Below are positions 11,592 through 24,100 of a DNA stretch of 64,000 nucleotides, one piece after another (the stretch's first letter is position 1; each line of letters begins with the position of its first letter). Source of the DNA: Protoeuglena noctilucae (Eukaryota); contig OY253678.1 of NCBI GenBank assembly GCA_958009085.1, positions 558,001-622,000 of the forward strand, in the 5' to 3' direction. Both the position numbers and the translations under genes were made by a program. The notes under the pieces were generated by a model. That model worked only from the letters and a program-made list of their open reading frames with translations, had not been told where the DNA came from and made no database searches.

Positions 11592-14500
11592 CTAGACGGC
11601 GTGCCGCAGCAACTCGCGTGTCTGGCGCAGGAGGTCCGCCAGAGTCCCGCACTCCACCGGCACTCGGCGCCCACCCAGGGACCATCCCTTGTCAGGACCG
11701 GTGCCCTGCACTGGCGTCAGAGCCTTAAGCACGTCTGGCAAGGACCGCCGCAAGAGGCTCAGGCTCTGCGCCTCGGACGCCTGCGGAGGAGAGGCGCACA
11801 TGCTACACGTCAGGAATACGACAAGACAGCTTGTGTGGCAGCATCACATCACACGTGTGGGGGCATTCAAGTCCGGTGGCTGGGCCAGAAACCGCGGGCA
11901 TGCGCTGGTCAGGCCACGAGTGCGCAGGACCACACATGCAGAAAGCGCCACACGCAAGAAGTGCATGGGCACTAGTCATCGATGCTTGTCGCTTGCGCTC
12001 CCACACCTGTGCCGAAGTCGGCCCCAGGAGGCCCTCCGCGGAGTCCACGCCGGCCTGCACCACCCTGCGCACTTGCAACAGCACGCACTCCAGCAGCCCC
12101 TCCGCAGCCCACACCATCCACCCCAGGGCCCGCTCCTCTTCCCGCAGCGTTGTCGCCGCCGCCGCCCCCGCCGCCGCACGCAGCGCGCCCCTCGGAGCGC
12201 TCTCCACCCAGTCGAGGGGGTACACTCCGGCCCCGTCCGCCCCCGCGGTGGCCCCGCCCGCTGCCTCCAGCAGCACCGCTCGCGCCGCGGCGCCGTCCGC
12301 TTCCCCGGCCGCCACCTCCGCCAGTCCGTCGCGACGGGCGAGCGCGTCGGTGAAATCCGAGGCCAGGTCCGCGAGCGCGGCCGAGAGCGTCACGAGGTCC
12401 ATCCGGGTCTGCCCCGGCGACACGGCGGCAGCCACGACGGGCAGCCGCAGGGTGTTGCTGCGGCACAGGAGGGCTAGGTAGCGCGCCAGGCAGGAGCGCA
12501 GGTGGTGCAGGTGCCGGGCCATGCGCCGCGCGGCTCCCGTGGCGGACGGGGCCGGGTTGGGGGCCGCCAGGGTGGTGCGGACGGCGGAGGCGAACCGGTT
12601 GGGACTGCGGGCGGGGCGATGGTGGCAGACGGGGTGTGAGTGTCGAGATCAAGTGTGTCGGGAGAGGGAGTGACGAGGTTGAGAGAGATGCTTTGGAGCA
12701 GGGACGCGGTTACAAGGCCGAGCAATGGGGATGCGTGCAGAGTGGCCCGCGGAGAGCGGAGGTTCAGGCCGAGGCATGGCGACAGCGCCCCATGGCTCAT
12801 GTCGCGTTGTGCAACTGCAAAGAACCGCACCTGTTGCCCCCGCCCCGGAGGATCTGCTCGGCGAGGGCCAGCGCGGCCGCGTGCAGGGGCCCTGAGGCAT
12901 CGAGGGGTCCTAAGGCGACCGCGAGCTCCATGACCAGCGACGCCTGCTCCACCTCCTCAGCACCCACGTCGCACGACCCGCCCGTGCGGCCATCCCCCGC
13001 ATCCTCGATCATGCGGACGAGCGTGGCGGCGTGCTCGGAGAGGAAGCGCCGGCCGTCAGAGGCCACGTCAGAGCTCTGCGTCGGAATGGTGGGGCACGAG
13101 GAATGGTCGGGGATGATCCGATGAGGCGAGGAGATATGCAGGGAGAAGAGTGCTGTGCCAGGAGTGCCAAGACAGCAGCTGGTGCTACCCACGTGGCTTC
13201 CACATGACACAACACGAGCATTAACGCACCTCTGGCAGAGCAGAGACGACAGAGAGGGCCAGCTGCAGCACGGGCGTGCAGATGCGGTGCAACCACGCGC
13301 GGAGGGTCGCTCCACGCCCCGCGATGGCGCCCGTGGCTCCGTCAGCCGTCATTGCCCCGGGTGCAGGGAGGGGCTCCGGCCGCACGTCAAACGCCCTGCA
13401 GTTGGCCAGGTGGCGCAGCGCTGCGAGCTCGAAGAGACGCCTCGCGGGGGTGCGGATGTCCCCCGTGGCGGCGACCGCGCCCCCGCCCGACGCCAGGGCC
13501 TGCGGAGGGATGGGCAGGTAGGGGTAGAGGAAGGGCGATGACTTTGAAGTCGGCTGCTATAGATAAGGCTATGTGGTACATACAGTAGCACCCGGGCCCT
13601 CACCTGCAGCAGCGCCAGCGCCCCCTCGATCGCCAGGAGTCCCGTGGAGTCCCCACTGCGCCCCGCCTCCTGCAACGCAGAGAGTGGCTCCTCCGCCATG
13701 CCCCGCAGCAGCGCCCGGGGAACGTCCGTGCGGTACAGCTCGTCGGCGATGAGGCCCGTGGCGTCGCAGCCCACCGCGGCCGCCGCCATGAGGAGGCCCG
13801 TGGCGCGGAGGTGGGGGTCGGGCGACGCCGCCGCGTCTCTCGCGGCTTCGGCGATCGTCTCTGCGTGCGCAGCCACGTCCGCGGCCGCGGGCGGGGCACT
13901 CGCGGGTCCCCGGGCCGCGCGGCCGGGCCAGGCGGGCGCGCGCGTGGCCAAGTGCAGGGCCTGGAGGGTGGCGAGGCACAGGGGCCCTCGCACCGTGGGG
14001 TCTGGGGGGGCGCGGACGGCGAGAATCGAAGAGAGGACCTCCCTTTTCGTGGCGTCGTCCATGGGGGCGGGGAAGTCCGAGGTCGCGGGGGGCAGGGTGC
14101 GGAGCTCGGCCATTTTGCTGACCTGCGAGAGGGATGGGGCGGCGCAGTGACGTCTGCACATGGTCAGCCACGCCAACCCAGACACCCCTCTCAGCATTTC
14201 GCGAGGCATTCACAAAAACCACTCACACCGCGACCCCCCATTCAGCACTCACCAGGATTACCACCACCCAGGCCACGCACGCGGCTGCCTCCACCGCCGC
14301 CTCTGCCCCGCCCGAAGCCCCCAGGGTTGCGACCATGTTGGGCAGCACGGACATGGCCCCTCGGAAGAGATGGAGCAGAGGGGCATGGGGGTCCTTGGAA
14401 CGAGTGGCAGAGAGCAACTGCAGGGGCGATGTGATTGGGCGGTGTTTGTGGAACGAACCACCCAGCTCTCATCACCTGTGAGACCACCACCACCTCCGCC

Positions 14501-17500
14501 ACCCATCCCTCGTCACCTGGTCGAACAGGCACACCACCGCCACCTCCACCACCCTCCTCCACACTTCCAGGAGCTTCCCCCGGCTCCACGCCTCCGCCTC
14601 TGCCGCCTCCAGGGACCTCGCGAAGTCCACCACCGCGGCCCACTCTGCAGACTCAGGGCCCGCGTGGCCGGCGGGGGAGGGCGTCGCGAGGGGCGATACG
14701 CCGAGGACGAGGTGCGTGGGCTGGGCCCGGGCGGCCATGACCAGTCGCTCGGACAGGGCGCGCATGTCGACGTGGGGGGGCGCGTGGGACGGGAAGGCCC
14801 AGACGCCGCCGTGGGCGACGGAGCGGCGGTCGCGGAGCGCATCGACGATCTGCGAGGGCAGCCGGCGATTAATAATGGCATGGGCTCATCCCAGCCTCAG
14901 GGATGGGTTGTGGTTGGTGTCTAGCAAGACATTGCTGCTGTCTGAACAGTCAAATAGCACGACATGGACATGCATCAACCCGCCATGACAATGCACTCGT
15001 ATACTGTGTCTGCTAACGCATCCCTCGCCCGTCACCTGGCCCATCTCCCCGCCGATCAGGGGCGGCGCAGGGGCGGCCCTGGCGTCGACCCCACCGACGG
15101 CATGCTTCAGGATCTGCAGAGCCAGCGAGTCCTCCGCCACCATATCCCCATCGCCCTCGCCCCTCGGGGCAAAGAGACATGCCAGCACGGCCCCCGCACC
15201 CTCCTCGCCATCGCTGTCCGCCTGGCGAGCGGTGGCGGTACCTGCCTGTACACGAGAGTAGAAGAGCTCCTGGAGAGCCACGGTGAGCAGGGAGGTGCGG
15301 ATGCGTAAAGAGGGCACCGGGTGGAGGCGCGAGGGGGACGGGAGGCCAGCCACCTCGGCGTCGGCGTCAGCACGCACGACTTGCTCCAGGAGGGGTAAGA
15401 GCAGCTGCGGGGGTGGGGTGGGGGGTAGCAGGTGAGGTGGGGAGGGTGGGGAGGGTGGCAGTGGTGGCAGAGGTGGGGAGGGTGGCAAGTGAGGTGGGAG
15501 GGTGGCAGGTGCGCCAAGCCATGGGGAGGGTGAGGGCAATTAAGGTCCCTCTACCAACACGTGCTACCAATCACCGCGGCTCCTCACCCGGTACGGCTCT
15601 TGCCGCAGCGCCTGCAGCGTGACGTGTCGCGTGAGTGGAGCGGCCGCGACGGTCGCCACCAGATGCACGGCGCCCTGGGCCAAAGGAGGGTCAGCCAAAG
15701 CAAGCCGGGCCGAGTGCTTGAGGATGACGTGGAGCACGGTGCGCTCAGTCAGTGGGTCCGCGAGGCCGACGTCGACGCCCATGGCCATGTCATAACCCAT
15801 CGCTAGGTGGGCCAGGTTGGGCGCGGGCTGGGTGGCGGCTGCCGAGAGGACACGCAGGGCCAGGGCCGCCCGGGGGTCCCGGGAGTCGCTCTGCGCACCC
15901 AGGGACGTCAGCGAGTCGTCCAGGCACCTGCGGAGCGCGGGTGAGGGGTGCGAGAGATGGGGGGGATGTCATGGGTGAATCGATGAGTGTGTTTATGGAT
16001 AGTCTTGATTTGGAGAGAGGGAGCGGCAGGTGACAGGACGGCAGGTCATGTTCTCACCTGGCGAACCCCTTGACGATCCTGGGCAGGTCGTGTCCCGCCT
16101 GCACCAGCAGCCCCACGAGGTGCGGCACGCGCGTGACGAGGTGGCCCACGACACGCAGCGCGGCCGCCTGCACGGCGGGCTCATAGGCATATCCGATCGA
16201 CTCGAGCAGGCGGGGCAGGCGGCGCATCTCCTGCAACAGCACCCGGTCCAGGGACTGCAGGAAGGCACCCTTGCCCGTCGCGGCCCAGCCTGCGGGGTCA
16301 AGGGAGAGGCGGCTGCTTAGGTCGGGTCGGGGGCGATTGCGGAAACACCCCTGGTGGGTTTTCCCGCATGCAGCCCCGGCATGCAGGGAACAACCCCAAA
16401 CGCTCGCCCCCCCTGCCAAGCGCCTGCCGCTCTCGCACCTGCGCCCGCCGCCCCAGGTACCAGGAACGGCCCGTCGCTCTCGAAAGCCACGGACAGAACG
16501 TCCAGCCCCGCGACCAGTGCCCGCTCCAGCGCAGCCCCCTCCGTGCTCCCCTCCCTCATGTCCGACAGCCGCTTGACCCCGACACCCACGATCTGCAGGA
16601 GCGTGCCTGCCGCGGGGCCCCGGCCCAGCAGGTCCGCCATCACGAGGCCGCCCGGGGTGCCTGACCAGCCGTCCTGCGAAGGGTGGGTGCGGACAGGTGC
16701 GTTGGGGTGTGTTGCGCAGGGCAGGCGCGTGAGTGAGGGTGGGACTGCGCCGGTGCTAGCGTTGCAAACAACTGGCATACGCTCTGTGCCACACCGGCAC
16801 CATTTCGCAGCCAACACGGAGCCCCAGCACACGCCAGCCGCGGCTGCTCACCTGGGTGGACAGCGCGTGCTGCAGGCAGAGGCCCATGTGCACAAACGAG
16901 GCCTCCGCGAGCTCCCACTTCTGCGTCGGGTCGACGAATGCACGCTGACTCAGGCGCCCGCACACCATCTGCGGGGGCGAAGGCAAGGGGTTAGTGGGGA
17001 CGAAGGAAAGTGATAGAGGAGGGGAAACCGAAACTAGCTGTCAAAGGGCGAGGCACCATGCCACAGACTCTGTCAAGCACGGTCGTGTACATCACGTCAT
17101 CCAGTCCCTCGCCAATCAGAATTACCCTTCCCACTAATACGCACCTCGAGCACGAACGCCGTGTACATCAATTGACCCAAACCCTCGTGTCACCTATACC
17201 CCACTACGCACCTCGAGCACGAACGCCGTGTACCGCGTGGCCTCGGGCCCCGCGCCGCACCGCGCCACGAGCGTGTTGACGAGCTTCACGAACGCTAGCG
17301 TCTCCGCGTACCGCTCCAGCCGAGATTCGATCTCTTCCAGCTGGTACCGGATGTCGTAGGGCGCGGACCCGGCCCTGAGGTCCGGCTTGATGAGGTCCGC
17401 GTCGTTGACCATCTGCCAGAGACTGTCGGGGTTTGCCAGGGGGCGTGCGGGCGGGTGCGCGGCGAGGGCGTTCAGGGCCCGCATCAACGCGGCTTTGAGG

Positions 17501-20461
17501 ACCGAGGGGACGCTGCAGGCATGAGTGGGGTGGAAGAGGGGTGAGTGGTGCGTGGCACTGTGACTCGTCACTGAGCGGTGGCGCACTAGTCACCACTAGC
17601 ACCGCATGTCGTTCGTTTCTTCCAGTCCCCGTCTCTTCGCCACCCCGTCACTCACCGGTAACACATGAGCGCGAAGAGTGCGGTGTCCCAGGGCCGGTCA
17701 ACCCTCGACGTGCGCCCCAGCACCTCCCGCAGAGGCTCCAACGTCTCCACGGTCCCATTCTCCGCCACCGCCGCCAGCGCATCCGCAAAGGCCGCCAGTC
17801 CGTCCGCGTCCTCCTGCACCATCACCACGTCCGGACGCGACAGGCCGATGCCCAGGGTGTCCCCAACCGCGGGCCCCTCCCGGGCGAAGCGGTCACAGTA
17901 CGCCTGCACGACGCCCATGAGTCGGTCCCACGTAATGTCAGAATTGGACGTCACCAGCCACTCCTGGACCCACTTGGAACCCGCCGGGGAGGTGGCCAGG
18001 CCCGCCAGCGCCCCCAGGTACGCGATGAGGACGGCGGGGTGGTCGCCCGATCGAATCTCGGCGGCGCGCACGATGGGGAGGTAGGCGTCGAGGTGGTCGG
18101 TGGGGGAGCGGTCGACGTGGATGGAGAAGAGGGAACGGAGGAGGTCGAGGAGGCAGGGGAGGCTGCAACGGGTGGGGCGTGTGGGGTGGCTGAGACGTGG
18201 CTGTGGGTATGGGTGTGCGGGGGGAGGTGACGTGAAGTTGACTGGGGTGGACGTGAGCTGCGGCACGGAGGTGCTTTGGAGACATACAGGTCAAAGTTTC
18301 CAATGGTCCCACCCACCTCACACAACCTATGCACCCGCCCCAGACACCCCAGCCTACGGCATCTCCCATCCCCCACGCACCTGTCCACCGTCCCAGTTGC
18401 TCCCCCGGCGTCCACCTCCATCCCCGTCCCAGGGCCCCCGGTCCTCCCGGACCCGGCAGTGCCCGGCACCGGCAGATCCGCGACCATCTTCTTGAGCAGG
18501 TCGTCGCCGGCCGGCTGTTCAAATATCGACCGAAGCAGGGCGTGGATAACTGAGGCGATCAGCTCCTGGTTCTCCAGCAGATCGTCTTGGAAGCCGATGG
18601 AGTCGAACAGCTTCGACCTGCGCATGATGCAGAGGGAAGGATGGGTCGGCAAAGGATGGCATGCAGCTGCTACAACCAACAAGGTGCCCCTGCTGTTCGC
18701 ATGACAAAGCAAGTGCATGGTCGTATTGCAGACGTCCGAGCGCACACGCCCATGCTAGGTGCGAGTGAGGATGCGAGAGAAAAGCATTTCGTGTCAAGCA
18801 ACCCGGGTCCCAGCCCCAGCGGTCTTGCGCAAAGGGTCAGGGTAAGCAACCGGGCCGGCCTGCGCCCCATGATTGGGTCGCTCATTGTGGGGAGGCTTGC
18901 GCGGGGATCGGAGCGGGGAGTCCGGGGGCCGAGGGGCGGGCCGCGGCGGCGCATGGCCGCTGGACACCTCAGCACCCTCCGCCCCCCGCCGCTCCGCCCC
19001 GGGGTGGGCACTAAGCCCATCTCCCGTCCCTTACACGTGTGGAATGCGAGAACCAGGCTCACCGGAGATGCCCCAGCGCCCCGCCCTGCCGCGCCGCCAG
19101 GAGCCCCTCCCTCGCACCCCCCGTGTCATCCCCCGCCACCAACGCCACCGCCGCCAGCGCCAGCCGCACCACCGCCTGTACCCCGCCCTCCGCGGCCGTG
19201 AGCGCGGAGGTGGCAGGCCCGGCCACCGCCCGCGCAAACCGGGCGACGTCGGCGCGCTCGGCCGCCTCCGCGGTGCCGCCCTGGCCGCCGTCCACCGGAG
19301 GCGACAGCAGGCACAGCACGGCCACCAGCAGCAGGTTGGCCTGGTGCCGCCGCGCCCATGCCGCCGAGTCGCCGGGCGTGGCCGACGCGGCCGCCCTCGA
19401 CAGCCCCGCCAGCACGGTCAGGGCCTGGGTCACGTCGGCGTCGAATCCGCGAACCAGGGACGGGCGCATGTAGCATAGGTAGAAGACGCACTCGGCCGCG
19501 AGGGTGGCTTCCCGGCGAGGAAGCGCGTCTCGGGATGCCTGGGAGTGGGCGCGGGGGTGGCGGGGGATAGGAGGGCGGACGTGAGGGCACAGCATGAGCG
19601 GTCGAGACGGCCTGCTGCCGCTGCTCACCGCGCTGCCCTCTGCATCGGTCACGGATGCCACGCGGTACGGTTGCGTCGGAGGCGCATTCGACGCTGCGAC
19701 CACGGACAGCAGCCGCTGCAGGACGCGGAGGTGGCCGTCTTTGCTCTCCTTGAGAAGCGCGTCGTTTTCCCGAGAGATCGCAGCCTGCGAGCGAGCGATG
19801 ACGCCGATGGAAGCAGGAAGAGATAAAGTGAATTGCGCGCAGCAGCGCCCTGGCCGTTGCCGCACCAGCAGGTCGCTGGGACCGTCGGGACTGCCGGCGT
19901 GCGCGGCAAAGTTGTGGCCGAAGCACTCATACTGGAGGACGCGCGCGAGGGATGCGAGTCGGTCGTAGCGTTCCTGGAAATACACTCCCGCGGCGCGCTC
20001 GGGCGAGAGGTCCCCGGAGTCGTGCGCGGCGAGCAGGAGGCGCACACACTCGACCTCATCAATGTCAAAGTCGTCCGAGAGCAGCAGCGCCAGCCGCACG
20101 TCCGGGTCCAGGTCCAGATCGATGCGTCCAACGCCCTCAATCTCCACGCGGCGGTCCTTCTCGACCATCTGCCGCGAGGCGGCGGACTGCGAGCCGGAGC
20201 GCGGAAGGGGGTGGTGGGGGCCCGTCTTTGCGAACCACGCAGCAGCGCCCCGACGCTGCCACCGCGGCGATCGAAGACCACGGTATAGGTACGAACGGCA
20301 GGCGCGTGTTGCGGGCAGGTCACCTTGGGCTTGCGCTCCAGGAGCTGCTGCCAGGCAGGCTTGCATGCCCTGTAGAGCTCCTCGACCTCCGCGACATGCG
20401 CGGGATCGTCCTCGAGCCCATTCACCGCAAGGAGCTCGATGAGGCGCTGGAAGTCCGACAT
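11592..20461 (-). CDS. NUP205: Nuclear pore complex protein Nup205 (Nup192 family), about 18 exons
   Basis: DVRLALLLSDDFDIDEVECVRLL...AAGVYFQER; VPSVLKAALMRAL; YDIRYQLEEIESRLERYAETLAFVKLVNTL; RAFVDPTQKWELA. These match plant Nup205 motifs. Hand-summed exons give about 1850-1900 aa, consistent with full length. Confidence 0.9.
15409..15510 (+). repeat. G-rich degenerate tandem repeat (GAGGGTGGG/GGTGGCA units) in a NUP205 intron
   Basis: gggggtggggtggggggtagcaggtgaggtggggagggtggggagggtggcagtggtggcagaggtggggagggtggc... Confidence 0.8.
17138..17233. repeat. 29-bp exact direct repeat spanning a NUP205 exon end and splice donor
   Basis: tacgcacctcgagcacgaacgccgtgtac occurs at 17138-17166 and 17205-17233. 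Confidence 0.95.
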
Positions 20462-21135
20462 TGGCCCCGGGCGCGCAAGATCAGGGGCCGGGGGCCGACG
20501 GCAACCAGGTGCCCCGCCCCGCCAGGCGTTCGGCCACGCTCCAGCGCAGCAGCTGAGAGCGGCACAGTCACAGCAGCAATATCACGGCCGAGAGCAAGCC
20601 AGGATCATTCCTTTGCGATCTCAGCGTGCACGCAGGCGTCAGCCCTTGAGTTTGCACAGACGGCGGGGTCGGGTCGACCGCTCCGTCCGGCCCAGCGACC
20701 TCTGGTGAACAACGAATTCCGGAAGCGCCCGTGATGGGCCGCTGCCAAGGCGCTGGCGGGTCGACTCGATGTGCAGGAAAAGCGGTGTCAGCTCGGGCGA
20801 CCGGAAACAGCCCTTCTCGCGCTCAGTCGCTTGCGTCGGCGAATGTGGTTGTTTTCGCGGCCGCGGAGATGCTCCGCGGTTCTCGATAGAGCCCTTTGCG
20901 GCGAAAGCCTCATTCAAACTCATTGGCAGGCCGGGGACTGGCCTGACGCTCACCATTGCATTGCCTGGGGCTTGTGGCGACTTTCGAAGTTTCTCTGTGC
21001 GGATCGGGGGTGTCGGCTGCTGCATCGAGGCGGCGGTTCGGCGGCCTGGGAGCCGCAGTCGTGGCCGAACCCGCCCGCGCCAATCCCGGGTACCTCCCGC
21101 GTGGCAGTGCGTGCCGACGCACTACTTGAGCAACG

Positions 21136-24100
21136 ATGACCGCGGGGGCAAAGCGCGGGCCCAAGGCGTCCAAGACCAAGACCCGCATCGGTGAGCTTAC
21201 AGCACAGCGCCCATGCAGCAGCCCGGGACAGCGACGGGGCCGGATCGACGAAGCCCGTCCAAATCTGTGCATTTGCTTCTATGATGGCCCGCGCCGGCTG
21301 GCCCGCGGCGTCCCGGCGCGGTCCCCGGGCTCTCGCGCGGGTCTTCGGCCCGGTGCGACAGCGCTGTGGGCGCCCTGTGCAGGGGAGGCCGTGCTGACTC
21401 AGGAGGAGGCCGCGGAGCTTATGGAGCGCCTCACTGCGGCGGAGACGGGCACCGGGCCGGCTGTCCCGCGGGAGGAATTGGACCGCTTTTACAACACCCA
21501 CGCCCCGCCATGCCCGCTGGTGAGCCTCCCATCGCAACGCTCAGCCCGCCCGGCGCCCAGCCCCGCTCATCGCATCCGTCGCCCGTACATCCACGCCGCA
21601 CACACCACCACAGTCGCCCTGACTGCCCCCTGTCACCCCCGCAGTACGGCACCAATTGCCGGGGTCAGCGTGGGAACCCCAACTGCCTCTGTGGCCTGAT
21701 CCCCTCCGTCGGCGGTCACCGCAACCACGGTCTATGGACCAAGGCGAGTGCTGCCGCGGCCTGGGGCCAACTGGGCGCTTGGCGCTGGTCCCACCCCAGC
21801 CATCAGCGCTCACCACCCCATCGCCCAGTCGCCGACATCGGGCATGTCGAGTCGTTGACCATAGAGCTTTGTCGATTCAGATTACTAAGCTGGTTGACGA
21901 GTCTTCTATTTTCAGATCCCTGAGGAGGTTTCCCGCATGGGCCCGGACCCGGAGGCCACTCGCCGCAAGTCGGACGCGGGCGGGGTGGGTTTGACCAACC
22001 TGGGCGCCACATGCTACATGAACGCCGTGCTGCAGATGATGTACCACATCCGGCCTTTCCGGGACAGCATCCTGGCGCTGCAGGGGCAGGTGGTGGAGGA
22101 CCCCCTGGTGGGACAGACGCAGGCGAGGCGGGGCAGGGGAGCATCACTCGCCGCGATGGTGTCGCTGGTTGGTAGGGCATGTTAATCGCATTGTGTAAGG
22201 AAGGGCATGGGCAGTAACCCTGAAGGGCAGTAGTGGTATCGATCAAATATTAGTGTTACTTCCCTCTGATTCATTGCTGTACAATGGCCGCTCTTCCTGT
22301 CCCACCGCCAGCTGACTGCCTGCTTCCTGACCTGACCCCTCTAACCTCCCGCCCGCCCGCAGCGTGTGTTCGCGGAGATGCTGGCGGGCCCCAAGCAGTG
22401 CGTCGACACGCGCGCCTTCGCCAACACGGTCGGCGTGCGCACGGACGTGCAGCAAGACGGCTCCGAGTTCCAGGGCTTCTTCCTGCACGGCCACGGGGGC
22501 CTCGGGTCTCGCCTCGAGGGCCACACGGCCGGGCAGCTGACCAAGCAGCTCTTCGAGTCCACCACCGCCAGCGTCATGCGGTGTGAGTGCGGGCACGAGA
22601 GCCGCAGGTGACGGGGGGTCGGTCATGGGGACGCGGGATGGCACTTGCGGGGTTGTTGCCAAAGCACGCAATCTGTCTCTCGACCCTCTGACCCACCCCT
22701 TCAACCCATGCTGTGACCCACCCTTCGCGCCACCCATCAACTCACCCAGGGAGGAGCCAGTGTACGACGTGACGCTGCCCGTGAAGGACTTTTCCAAGAT
22801 CGAGGACTCCCTGGCGGCGTGCACGGCCCCCGAGCTGGCGTCCGACTACAAGTGCGAGTCGTGTGGGATGAAGGGGCACGTCACGCGGCAGCAGCGCTTC
22901 ACGCGGCTGGCGCCCTTCCTCATGCTCTCCCTCACCCGGTGAGGCACCGGCTGCACTTGCGCATCTCAGTCGCTCATTTCACTTGCCACGCCACGCATAC
23001 CATGCTGTGCATCTCACGTCACCCACCTTGCATTTCGCGTCACCCACCTCGCTTACCACGCGTCGCAGCTACGAGTACGACCTCCGCACTTTCCAGCGCA
23101 AGAAAGTCCACTCCCGCATCTCCTTCCCCCTCGAACTGGATGCGCAGCCTTACGCCGAGGCGGCCCCCGCGCACCCCGCGTCGGGCAAGGGCAGGCGAGT
23201 TCATGCATGATGCACAGGGTGGGGCGCTGTGCTGTGCTGGTAGGGGAGAGTGCTGGATTGTCTGGGCCAGGGTGCTGGCTTGTCACGCAGCGCGTCGCTG
23301 CAGCGAGGTATGTTACGTGATGCCCAGTCACTGTGCTTCGCTGGGCAAGCCGAGATGCAGCCGTGGAGCCCTGCTTGACCCCTTACTCCGCCCCCCTGCC
23401 CATTCCTTCGCGCAGGGGCGCCACTGCCACTTCCACCGCCACCGCCACCGCCACCGCCACTGCCACTGCCACGCACCTCTACCAATTGGCGGCCATCCTG
23501 GTCCACCGGGGCGTCGAGGCCAGCATGGGTCACTACGTGGCGCACATCCGGGACGGCTCGAGCGACCGGTGGTTCAAATTCGATGACGAGAGCGTGGAGT
23601 CCCTCGGGTGCCACCCCTTGGGAGCGGCACCCAAGGCGGCTCCCAGCCAATCGGCGGGCGGCGGCCGTCCCAAGGCAAAGGGCGAGGCGAGCGGGTCGCG
23701 CGGGGGCGGGGCCGTGGTCGAGATGACCTCGTCCGGGGACGGACCAGAGGTGGCATCGCCGGCAGCGGCCGCGCCTCTGAGCTTCCCCGTTGTGGGTGCG
23801 CCGGGCGAGGGGGCCAAGGGGCCCGCCGGGGGGCGGTGCGGGCGGGGAGCCAAGCGGCGGGCGGCGGCGGCGGCGGGCGACGGCGGGGACGACGACGACG
23901 TGGCCTTAGTCGCGGCGTCCCCGGGGGCCGCGGCGGTGACGCCTGTGCGGGGGAGCAAGCGCGTCCGGAAGCGGACTCTGATCGCGGAGCAGTTCGAGGC
24001 GGACGGGGGTCGCTTCCCCGGCTCTCCGCGACCGGCGGGCGCGCAGGCGATGGAGCCTGGGGCGGCGGCGGCGGCGGTGGTGGCAGAGGCGGGGGCGGGG

